DNA of 34,586 bases from Perkinsus chesapeaki ATCC PRA-425 (taxonomy: Eukaryota; Protista; Perkinsozoa), in NCBI GenBank assembly GCA_013115145.1, contig JAAPAO010000377.1, positions 1 through 34,586 of the forward strand, written 5' to 3'. Below are positions 1-10,082 of this stretch, piece after piece. Each line of letters opens with the position of its first letter. The first letter of the stretch is position 1. Below the pieces are notes generated by a model. That model was not told the origin of the DNA, ran no database searches, and saw nothing but the letters and a program-made list of their open reading frames with translations. A program made the translations under genes and the position numbers.

Positions 1-1078
1 TATTGTCATCAAGTTGGTCATCTTAAGGCTGATTGCCCCCTTCTTCGCGCTAAAGAAGAAAAGAACGGTTCTCCGGTTAAACCTTCCCAGCCAAAGGTCC
101 AAACTAAGGATGCAAATAGTGAGACGTCTAAGATCAAGAATTGATCTTAAGATTGATTCCTCTGTTACTGAGGTATTGAAGCTAGCTGACGGTTCATTAG
201 TCACTTCTTTAGGAACTGTTCTATTGTCCTTTTGTGTCGATAATGTTCATTGTCCATTATCCTTCGTGGTGGTCGAGAGATTGTCTCCTAACCTTATTGT
301 TGGTTGGGATGGCATGTGTGCTCTGGGCACTATTCCTAATGTGCAGCAAAAGAAGATTATATGTTCTGGTGGTGTTTCTCAGGCAGTTGATGGTGACCCT
401 ACTGATCCCCCTAGTCTGGCTAAGTTCGGTGGTGAACTTAACGGTCCTTTACGCTGTGCCGAGTCGGTCGACTTACACCGAGAGCCTTTGGATGAAGTTA
501 TCATCTCCGACTCTTTCTGGTATCATTTGCCTAGTGCTCCGAGCTATCGCATCCGGGTTAGAAGGTTGCGAGACGATGAGTTCAAGGACACTGAAGAGCA
601 ACTTTTTGTCTTCGAGTTGGATCTTAAGGGAGCTATTAAACCCACTCCCAATAGCCCCCAATCTCCTAATTACTCGGAGAGGCTTCTCTCTCGGTTATCT
701 GAGGATGACCGTGCTCTATTTTATCGCGAGGTGGACGGTTATCTTTCTCGTGGTTGGTGGTTGCCCAAAGATCAGGCGGAGAGAGATGACGAGCTCAACA
801 TTCCGGCTATTACTGTTTTTCCTGTTAAATCTGCTAAGGTTGGGGCTAGTACCCCTATTAGACCCTGCTGCGACGCTCGTCGCTTCAACGCCGCAGCAGA
901 GCCTGCAGGATATTTAGGGGCAGATATAGCGTCTCTCACTTCCCGTCTACTTGGTGCTTATAGTGTGGGAGACTCCGTTTTTATGTTAGACTGCTCTCGT
1001 GCGTTCTATCGCATACGCACCAATTTATCTCTCCCTCTCCAGGTTGGCTCTCGCCAGTTTTGGAGTGATAGAGTTCCT
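1..1078 (+). mobile_element. Degenerate Ty3/gypsy-like LTR retrotransposon gag-pol fragment
   Basis: Frame 1 from base 1 reads YCHQVGHLKADCP (end of a CCHC gag zinc knuckle) and stops at TGA 142-144. Frame 2 reads the C-terminal half of a retropepsin (LKLADGS..LGTVLL..FVVVERLSPNLIVGWD) without a correctly placed D[ST]G motif. It continues into RT N-terminal motifs (VFPV..IRPCCDARRFN; FMLDCSRAFYRI; QFWSDRVP) and breaks off where the PFG motif is expected; no YxDD follows. Confidence 0.85.
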
Positions 1079-1098
1079 GCGGAGGATATTGTTCCTGC

Positions 1099-1203
1099 AA
1101 TATCCGCCATAGAGCCAGTCTCGAGAACCGACACGTTAGTGCGCTGACCGAAACCTCCACGGTAGAGTAATCCTTGAATGAGGAGTGCACGAATGGGGTT
1201 CAT
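1099..1203 (-). pseudogene. Truncated 5' fragment of a subtilisin paralog (signal peptide and start of propeptide)
   Basis: ATG at 1203 gives MNPIRALLIQGLLYRGGFGQRTNVSVLETGSMADI. Bases 1099-1189 match 3572-3662 of the intact gene at 86/91 nt. Homology ends at the retroelement junction. Confidence 0.85.
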
Positions 1204-1310
1204 TTGAGGTTGGGAGTTGAACATCTGCTTCAGATGAATGATTGCGACTGGAGGCACCCTGTGTGAGGGACCAGATCAGGTAGGGCGAATGAACAACGGG
1301 ACAGTGAGCT

Positions 1311-1329
1311 GAGGTCACGCCGGTGACGT
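1311..1329. promoter_or_regulatory. Conserved upstream motif of the truncated subtilisin copy (GAGGTCACGCCGGTGACGT)
   Basis: 17/19 identical to 3820-3838; 108 nt upstream of the ATG; contains the hairpin GTCAC-GCCG-GTGAC and a TGACGT hexamer. Regulatory function is inferred. Confidence 0.45.
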
Positions 1330-2365
1330 AGCCAGAGTCTAACTATTCGGGGTACTCTAACCGGGTCTGGCGACAGCCCAAGTAGATAATGTTGGTTTGA
1401 TCAGTGCAGTGTTCTTGCCACATCACAAGAACCGATCCTCGCAGAAGGCTATGGTACGCAGTTCATGCATTAAACGCTTGAAGCAAAGTCAAAGCCAGTG
1501 CATCTCGTAACCCAGTTGCTTGAATTCGAACCAGATTGCCTAGATTGTACCCTCATGGTGGGCTTGATGTTTACACGCTTGATGGAGATCAAGCGTTTGA
1601 AGCATGCCCGAAAATTCGCCCTAGCTCATACTTTGATGAAGAGGAGAAACTATCACACCTAGGGGGCTGAACTCAGGATTTCTAGTTAGCAAGCTAAGTT
1701 CGCGAAGCCAACAGCCCAGTCAGGTGGTAATGTTACACAACACAACCTAGAAATCATACGTTCTTAACCTGGGTCTACTCGCTAGGAGGTCCACGAGGCC
1801 GTAGGGCAGCTCGAGGGATGTCTATACCAGCACTGTAGCCGGCTCTTTCTCTCAGCTGTATCATAAGAGACGCTTTGGGTTTTGGCAACTCACGGGCCGA
1901 AAGCGCTGCATAAGCGAATTTGGAATGATGAATGAATACAATGGCGAGTGGGGACTCCCAGTTTCGAGTTTGAGTCAATTCAAAAATGACAACACGGCTG
2001 TAAGATACCTCAGTAGGCGTAGCCGGTGCTACCGGCCGTCAGATTCGCCCACGCCGGCCGGCTCGTATAACGTAAAGGAGAGAAATGGATGCTTGCTTCA
2101 ATGTCATGACTCCATCAGTTGTCATGGTATCAGTCGAGCCTCGAATCGCTGATTCAATAAAAAGGCTAACGGCTCATAAGAGACTTCAGGCGAGACTAGA
2201 GCGAAGGCAGCCTGGGTAGGCCCTCCGATCGCTTCTTGCGTATCATCAGCGTTACCAAGCACGCACAAACTCAACAACCACGGAAAGAAGAGATCTAGAA
2301 TTGGTAAGGGCGCTCGATAAGATGATGATTGCGTGTGTCAAGTAATCAGAGTGGCTGCCCAATAG

Positions 2366-3679
2366 CTAGCCAACAAGAGGACGAATGTTATACATGCTGA
2401 TCGCCTTCTTGACAGATGCTAATATATTCAATGCTCCTCCGACAGGATGTAAATATTTACCGCCTGTATCTAGGTGATCAGCACCAATTAATAATAAAGT
2501 CTTCACCCTCGATGGTTCAACACCAATAGAGAGTAGGATAGCAGCTGCACCGGCCACCATTGGAGCGGAATAGGATGTACCCGAGGCCCAGTGATGTTTG
2601 CCTGCAGCGTCAAGCCCAACGTAGATATCCTCACCAAAGGCGGCTAGAGCGACATCACGTCCGTAATTTGCAAAACGAGAAAGGAAAAAACTCTCCCCGT
2701 TCTCGAGCGACGTGACACAAAGGGAATTGGCGCAAATGGCCGGGTTGCTCACAACGCTGTTTGAGTTACCGGCCGCGAAGACCGTAACAATACCATGCAT
2801 CCTAGCTTTTCTTGAAATTCTCGCCATCTGGAGCGGGACGGTCGACGAGATCAGAATGACATCAACTCCGATATCGATGGCCACGTTGATGGCTTCGAGT
2901 CCCGCTCCCGTGAAACCCTTTCCATTATACAAAACCTGTAGAGCTATCAGATTCACATGATCTGGCATAACTCCAATCATCCCGTATGAGTTATTCCCTC
3001 TAGCGGCAGCAACACGGCTTATATATTGACCATGATAGACACCTGGATGATAGGTGGCACTATTATTCACAAAGTTCCAACCGCCATCGATAACCGTGCC
3101 ATTACTTAGAGTGAAGGAGCTCCGTAGAGGGGCCAAATCGGGGTCAGTAAAATCAACGCCTCCGTCTATGACGGCTATTGTCACGTTCCTTCGAGGGTAT
3201 TGTTTTATTAGATCCCAAACAGCCGGCATTTGCATACGTTCCAGGTGAGTCTGATGATGTGCATCTGGATCATTCACATACAATTTGGCACATTGAGCTG
3301 ATAGGCCAGTGGCCCTTCGATTCCTGTTCCCCATTTCCACCACTTCAATGTCTGGGTCACACTCAACAGATACCTTGGGTAGGTAGTACTTAGCCAGTTG
3401 TATGTAGCGGCAGAGAGCAGCGCTACTCACAGAGTCAACCGACGTCGGAACGATTTGATACTCAACAAATGTCAGCGTCTTGATGAGAACGGTCGAGAGG
3501 AACTCGCTTATATTGGATATTTCTTCAGTCCTGGGCACACCATCTCGAGCAAGCCGGTCCGGAACAGATCGAATATCCACCATAGAGCCATTCTCGAGAA
3601 CTGACACGATAGTGCGCTGACCGAAACCTCCACGGTAGAGTAGTCCTTGAATGAGGAGTGCAAATAGAATTAGGTGCAT
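2366..3679 (-). CDS. Secreted subtilisin-like serine protease (peptidase S8), intronless, 437 aa
   Basis: ATG at 3679 (the ORF track extends to an upstream TTG). Signal peptide MHLILFALLIQGLL; catalytic Asp in IAVIDGGVD, His in YHGQY, oxyanion Asn in AAGNS, Ser in GTSYSAPMVAGAAA. Confidence 0.95.
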   Translation of the reverse strand: MHLILFALLIQGLLYRGGFGQRTIVSVLENGSMVDIRSVPDRLARDGVPRTEEISNISEFLSTVLIKTLTFVEYQIVPTSVDSVSSAALCRYIQLAKYYLPKVSVECDPDIEVVEMGNRNRRATGLSAQCAKLYVNDPDAHHQTHLERMQMPAVWDLIKQYPRRNVTIAVIDGGVDFTDPDLAPLRSSFTLSNGTVIDGGWNFVNNSATYHPGVYHGQYISRVAAARGNNSYGMIGVMPDHVNLIALQVLYNGKGFTGAGLEAINVAIDIGVDVILISSTVPLQMARISRKARMHGIVTVFAAGNSNSVVSNPAICANSLCVTSLENGESFFLSRFANYGRDVALAAFGEDIYVGLDAAGKHHWASGTSYSAPMVAGAAAILLSIGVEPSRVKTLLLIGADHLDTGGKYLHPVGGALNILASVKKAISMYNIRPLVG

Positions 3680-3819
3680 CAAAAGTTAAAGGTTGGAAAA
3701 CTTCTAAGAGAGCGTTCCTCTTCGTGAATGCCGAGGTAAAGCAATTCTCTGCAAGCTAGCCTCCATTAGACGGAAGATCAGGACTGTAAATAGGCGAGCA
3801 ACCAACGGAATGGTGATCG

Positions 3820-3838
3820 GAGGCCACGTCGGTGACGT
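3820..3838. promoter_or_regulatory. Conserved upstream motif of the intact subtilisin gene (GAGGCCACGTCGGTGACGT)
   Basis: 17/19 identical to 1311-1329; 141 nt upstream of the ATG; overlaps the hairpin CACGTC-GGT-GACGTG (3825-3839). Confidence 0.45.
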
Positions 3839-4618
3839 GACAGTGCCATGGTGACACCGACCTGCTTAGACCAGGCGAGTGTGTACTTCACACTGAGAAG
3901 AGTTACATATTTGCCTCTGGTGACCGTAAGGTGACGAACAACATTAAAACTATCCAGGAGGACCCTTATAAGGTTTCCTCCGTCAGATCCTGCGCATATC
4001 TGAAGCTTGCTCTAGCGAGTAACCACCCAGCATGGAGCGTCGGGTCGCGAACCAGTTGGGAAGAACGCCAAATTCTCTCTCTAGTTCATAGTTTCGACGA
4101 GTGCTCCGAACGCAGTAGCTCCACTGGAAACGTGTTTCTAATAGAGAACTAATGCCGGAACGCCCGGCCCGGAAGTAGGATTATTTTGAAGGCTATGCTC
4201 ACTGCAGCCGGTGTTCATGGTATGTCTCGGAGTAATACTTGACCATCGGCAAGCAAAGAACGAGAGAGAGGCCTTGGGAGCGGTTCTGTGAGTTTCGGTG
4301 TTTCGATAAGGTGAACTAGTTGGTTGCAGAGCGTGCGGATTGAGTAACTCTGGAAACTGTAACTCTACGTAACTTCTTCATCTTCGCGATTGGGACATTG
4401 TCAGACAGTTCCGACTTTGAATGTTCTTGAACATTTAGATAACTGGAGGGCGTTTGAGTTTCATTTGTAGGCGAGTGACCGTGTGATTCGGAGTCACCAA
4501 CTAATCGGTTACTGATGTCCAACCGTGAAGCCAAGCGAGCAGCGCACAAGTTTCCAAGCCCGTGCATAGTCGAGCTATAACCTGAGATTGCCGGATGCCT
4601 CTGGCGTGGCAAGTAGTA

Positions 4619-6376
4619 TCACATCGGTCTAATGATGTGTAAGATTTCCGACTGGCACAACTCAGATTGCGAGTGGAGAAAGCAGATCCTCAGGAGTCAT
4701 GTTCGACTGATACATTGCTGTCGACGAATTGTTGGAGCTCTAAATACCGCTCTTGTGCCAACTGAAAAACCACCAGGCTATGTGGGGTATTCATTGGGCC
4801 CAAGATGGGTCCTCTTCTGTACTTCATCTTGGGAGTGGTCTTACTCTAGCGAGTTCATCCTTATTCTCGAGCTCGGTCTTCTGCTGGGACAGCGAGTGAT
4901 TCAAATTCTGCAGTCGCTTGTTGCCGTGGATGCGTTCTTGTCTAATTTGCCGTTTAACCCTATCATGTGTATCGCGGAGGCGCCGGACCTGTGGACGTCG
5001 CTAGACTCCATAACTATCCACGTTGCTACTTGAGAATCCATAAACACCAAGTCATCTGGACATGGCTGGGAATGGTCTTTGGGAGCTCCTAAGAAGAGAT
5101 CGCGAATCCAATTGAAGTGGTAATCATCCAAAAGCCATCAGGAATCTCAACACTGCGATCCTTTCGAGTCAGTAGCTATACGTAAGGGGTGATCTCAGTT
5201 GTGTGCGGAGTACTGCAGCGCAAAAGTTCCAAACATCGCACAAAAGCTGCTAAAAATCGATGTGATATAGCAAGGACGGAAATGAATCTTTTCAACACAA
5301 TCATCTCACCATGCTCTCCGTCCGGAAGTTTACCAACTGGGCTCCGCTGGTTGCGAGAGCCTCTTAGTTTCAGCATCATATCGGCGCATATGCGGTGCTT
5401 GGTACGGATTTCCGCGTCTAGCCCCCGGGCCGCCGATCTCAACTCCTAAAAGCCGTAAGGTTTAGTTTGCTCCCACAGTGCGATGGTTCAGAGAAGTTGT
5501 CAGTTACTCATACTGTATTGAGGAAAACTCATTAGTAACCGAATTGAAGAGGTTGAGAGGTCCCGAGTGCGGAAAAGGCTCACGTGCTGTTTCTGTCGAG
5601 CCGTCTGAATTTCCCAGGACAGTGCACCTTTCTCGCTCACAGCTTCTGCTTCCCGTCGAAGCACCTAACCACCAGCCCATATATAGTATAGTCGATAATG
5701 CTTAACCTTAATTAACCTTATATCGGACAATAAGGTGTCCGGAATGCAAGTTGCAAGCAATACGACAAGGTATGCAGCACAACTCGGGCTTGCTCAACGC
5801 ACGGGCTGTTTTAGCCTGGCTATAACAGGCCAAGATTATCGACGCGTTTTCGGGTGCAAACCACACTGAAGCCTACCTTCTTTTGCTCGTCGAGAACAGT
5901 CTTCAGGGACATCAATTCTGATCGCAAGTCCATGACAGCTAGTTTTCTGAGAGATGTGCTCAGTAGCAAGACGTAAATATGGATATGCGGGATTATTAAG
6001 GTGCCCTTGCTATACCACCCACACCACAAGTCTCACTTCTCGCGTATAGAGTCCTCTTTCCTGGTTGTGTTAAGTAGCAGCTCCTTGCGTTGTAGGAGCT
6101 ACACATGACGGAAGGATCGGACCAGGCCGGAACGGGACAATCTGGACTGATCCACCTCTCTCTTTAGATACATTATCTCCCGTTTAGCTTCATTGAGCTT
6201 TTGGATGAGACTCTGCAACTCCGCGCGCTTGCTACGGTTTCGCGTCGCGTAACTGGTGTGGTTAGTCCTGTATAGTCTATTATTGTTGAACTAATTCTCT
6301 ACAGAATTATTATAGGATACTGTGTAATCGTCAGTGCAAGAGTAGTGGGCCTATGCCGCGAGCGAGGGGTGACCAT
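4619..6376 (-). CDS. Multi-exon coiled-coil hypothetical protein (ends uncertain; one apparent 1-nt frameshift near 5130)
   Basis: GT-AG-bounded, mostly phase-compatible exons on the minus strand: RSKRAELQSLIQKLNEAKREI; LLQRKELLLNTTRKEDSIRE; KLAVMDLRSELMSLKTVLDEQKK; VLRREAEAVSEK..QTARQKQH; ELRSAARGLDAEIRTK; VRRLRDTHDRVKRQIRQE..LENKDELAR; LAQERYLELQQFVDSN. Heptad-like composition. The gene may extend to 4316. Confidence 0.55.
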
Positions 6377-7119
6377 TGAATTACTCTGTCTCGTGAGCTT
6401 GTTTCCTCCGTGCGGTGATTATTGACATTTGTTCGACAGCACCATCCTAACGGCGTCAGTCCGACGGGTTAAAACCCCTCTACATTTACCAGAGTTTGGG
6501 CTAATTCAACCAGGCTGCTCTTCAAGGACGCATTGGCCGATTGAATATCAGACATAGAACAGTACAAACTGATTGCGTACGGGCGGATTGACTCGGTATA
6601 TCTACCTTTGTTCATGAAATGAACTACTGCTGAGGGCCACTGATAAGCGAATTCCCTCAGCGTCCCGTAGTAGGAACAGTGGGATATGCGATCAAGCTGG
6701 TCAAGCTTATGACATACAAGATCATTGTAATGTGGACTCCACATTGTGGAGTGATGCAAAATGTAGGGCCTCCAAGAGGCTCGATTTCGCACAAACCCCT
6801 TGCATAGGCGGAGTAAGACATATATTAGGCTCTGAATGGAATTTAGAGTACCAGAGTTTATCAGGATTGTTCAGGTACCGTCATCACACACTCGTTAAGA
6901 GGCTTTTGGTGAGAAGACTTTTCCGGAACATTTTCATGGAGTCGATTCCAGAGGTGGTTTTCGCATATAAACGCATTTTTGAAATCCGCTGACATTTCGG
7001 AATCGGTTTATTAGCAGGGAAACTATCAAAGGTTGACTCATGCTTATGGTAGACTAAATTAACGGCGTGCGACAAAATTAATGCACGCTTGACAGGGAAA
7101 CGCTAGGAGCGTAAGTTAC

Positions 7120-7124
7120 AAAAA
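7120..7124 (-). terminator. Pol III oligo(T) terminator of tRNA-Met
   Basis: TTTTT on the minus strand starting 2 nt after the tRNA discriminator base. Confidence 0.7.
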
Positions 7125-7125
7125 G

Positions 7126-7198
7126 TGCGGCCTGCGAGGATCGAACTCGCGACCTTAGGATTATGAGACCTACGCGCTACCTACTGCGCCAAAGCCGC
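7126..7198 (-). tRNA. tRNA-Met (CAT), elongator type, 73 nt, intronless
   Basis: Cloverleaf: acceptor GCGGCTT/AGGCCGC, D stem GCGC/GCGC, anticodon loop CTCATAA, T arm GCGAG-TTCGATC-CTCGC, discriminator A. The G1-C72 pair and TTC T-loop argue against the initiator tRNA. Confidence 0.95.
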
Positions 7199-7254
7199 TC
7201 TAAACTTAAATGCTCGAATCCTCTATATTCCCAACAGTCGAATATCACTTCATA

Positions 7255-8572
7255 ATGCCGGACAAGGGTGATCTGAACAAGGAGTTTCTACTGTGGGCTC
7301 AACGTATAGAGAAGGAAAACAAAATAAATGCTAAAATAACAGGTAGTAAGCTTACGTCGCTCACCAGAGGCGAATCTCCACCGAAAGCGAATGTCCGCGG
7401 CATGGATGCCCAGTATGTTATCCTCGATAAGGATGTTATGGAGTCTGTTATCCTTTAGAACCTCAAAGAATTTCCCATTTGCCCCCCCCAAGGGCGATTG
7501 TCGGTAGAACCCTCGCCGTTGCTGGTGTTTGTATTAGCCAGTTACTTCTGTCTGGTAGGCTCCCCCTTCACACTGGCCCGCCCGCCGGAACTTGTGGCTA
7601 ATAAGCCCACTCAGGAGAATTTCAGTAAACGCAGACCTTCCCTGGCTGAGCCGGGCGCGCTATTGGACAACTTGAAGAAGGCAGCGGCGGTAGTATTTGG
7701 GGAGTCGGATAAACACGAGATGCCGGAAGGAACGCATTTGCTGTTTCGTACTGCACTAGTAACATATTTCCTATCAAACTCATTTCTATTATATCTCCTC
7801 CTTCGTATCACTAGTAACATATTTCCTATCAAACTCATTTCTATTATATTTCCTCCTTCGTATCACTAGTAACATATTTCCTATCAACCTTTCTGGACTA
7901 GTACGCTTCTCCGTCTCTAAGAAGGATATTCCGGATAAGCAAAGGCTAAAAAGTTTGACTAATTTGTTAGATAGATGCTCTCCAATCGGACGGGCGTGCT
8001 TGAATTTCCAGGGAAGATGCGCTCTAACATCAACCGGTCTTAGTCGTTGTAGGCTTCCTCGGCACTAAGTTCAGTATCGTGGCGTTGTATCCGTGTTTCA
8101 TTGAAGGTCGTATAAGATTCGTAAATTGACCCGGCTTAAGAGCCAACCACAATCTTGTACTGTAGATCAAGACGCTATACTTGTTCAACGCGGTCTAAGT
8201 AGACTCCTTATCAGTTCCCTAGAGACAAGTTTCTTCTACCTCAAACCACCGCGCAAGATCTGGGCTGGCTGCTAGGAGAAGGGAAGGGGCTCATCGCCAA
8301 GGGGATGCACCCGTCGTCAGTAACCACAGGTGAATAAGCTGCACGCTTATTCAGCGGGATACGATCACATAGGCCTCGGAAACTGGAGACGAAATTTCCC
8401 TCGGCCACCAGAAAGAGCGGAGACGCACCACAAAGGATATGTCACCATGCTTGGAGAGCTCGAGCACCCAGCGGACGTACGGAGCGTTGATTCTGGGAAT
8501 GTTGGATTTGGCCTTCAGATGCAAAGGAGTGTACGAAAGAGCTTATCTGTGCCTTCTCTGGATGCCGAGTAA
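7255..8572 (+). CDS. FAM183/CFAP144-like axonemal microtubule inner protein; exons 7255-7342, 7559-7689, 8215-8329, 8373-8572
   Basis: All three introns are GT-AG and phase-compatible. The joined protein has LLWAQRIEKENK..PFTL..VANKP..LLDNLKKAAAFPRDKFLLPQTTAQDLGW, resembling the FAM183-type pattern P..KY..PQT..QEIGW. Family call is by motif recall only; the last exon may hide another intron. Confidence 0.65.
7754..7887. repeat. 55-bp tandem repeat, about 2.4 copies, in intron 2 of the FAM183-like gene
   Basis: The unit CACTAGTAACATATTTCCTATCAAACTCATTTCTATTATATYTCCTCCTTCGTAT starts at 7754, 7809 and 7864; the two full copies differ at 1 position. Confidence 0.95.
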
Positions 8573-10082
8573 GACGGGAATGCCAGGACTCGTGGCTGGA
8601 GTTGTATAAGCGGAAAAAGGGAATGGAATAATGATCGCTCGTTTATTAGCAGAGAACGTTATGACATTATTATTCCTGAAGTTCCGTAAATTTTCCCGGA
8701 AAAAATCTGGAAAATTCCGGGAATGTTCAGACATTTCTCCCTTCTGGCGTGTCAGATCGTCAGATTCGCCCCCACCTCACGTAATGGTACCGCAGCATTC
8801 TCTGAGATTTCTAGGCAAACCAGTTGAGGATCTTCCAGGAGATATACACATCAAGAAACACGAATGGTGACAATGCACACAAGATTTTTGCATGCATGCG
8901 CATTCCAGGGCCTACATGCGTAATCAGCTACGTGGATCACAGGAAAGTCCCCAGTGTAAACTTCCGCGGCGACGTGGTGCGGAAGTGCTCTTGGCGAGCC
9001 CGAAATATTCTCCCCTCTAGTAGGTTCTTCGGTCGACACAAGTATCTCCGAACCATCACGATTGACAGTCAGTACTGTACCTGACGGGCTCACGGAAGTG
9101 TCTAAGTTATGGCACAAACAAGCGGCGCGTATTAATGCTGTGAAAAGGCTCATGCCGAATCACTGTGTCACGAGATGGTGGGAATCTCCAGTGTGAATCT
9201 ACAAGTGTATCTTGCCAGGTACAAGCCTCTCGGTAACAGTGATGTGTCTCAGTACGCCAATGACTATGTGTTGAGCTTCGGCTGTGGTCCGTTTGACAAG
9301 CATCAGCTTCTTGCAAATCGTTGATCCTTTTTAATCATGTTAATTATATCGGTTGTTGACACGTTGTTGCTTGCGTTGCACAGTTTAACTTCTGCACGTA
9401 CGTCGGGCAACATTTCATCGGCAAAAATGCCAACTATTGCCGGCTGAAGCTCCTCGCCTCAGCGTAAAGACTTTTCTGGAACATCTTCTAGAAGGACACC
9501 CCTATCTCTTTCTTCGATCGGCAATCCACGATCGGTCTGATTCGAGGGCTTTGGTGTTACTGTTCCTAATATTAATATGATACGGTTTCTGCAGGGCTTA
9601 GGCTTGATTGCGCCATCAGCCTTATAGCTCACTTCGGGCGTGCATGCCTTTGGCAAGTGTCATTTGCCAATTTGGGCTTAGTCCCTTCTTACGGCACTTC
9701 GAGTCGGAGCCTTGCTATTGACCAAAGCTCGCTAGGAACCCTACTAGACTGCTTTGTGTTGGCATCGAGGGAATGTTGCCTTCAAGAGGCAACAAGTCAT
9801 TGGCAATCGTGCGTGACATGCTAGAAATCATCACATCACACGGTTGAAGCAAAGCTTGTGTCGGCAGTCACCGACGACACTTTATTTTTCATACCATAAC
9901 TTCCCCAACTTCCGCGCGTACCAAGGTGCACTTGCTGGCTCTGGGCCTTCCCTATCAATTGTCTCCTGGGGCTGAAGATTCCTGCAAGGTATTGTGACCG
10001 TTCCTCGAGGAGTATCTCTGTGACATAGCTCGGGGGTCCACAGTGTCGCATTTCACTTTTATCTTTCTAGAGTTACTCTACC

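Noticed and set aside
6469-7075. Minus-strand ORF pieces as a gene
   Set aside because: The frames are broken by tandem stops and no consistent splice model was found.
7754-7887. CRISPR-like repeat, and ORF 7498-7869 as a standalone secreted protein
   Set aside because: There are no spacers. The ORF is exon 2 of the FAM183-like gene plus intron sequence, and it lacks an ATG.
8820-10051. Gene divergent from ES1
   Set aside because: Scattered short ORFs with no phase-consistent exon chain; the proximal ATG sits only 32 nt from the ES1 ATG, inside its pyrimidine tract region.
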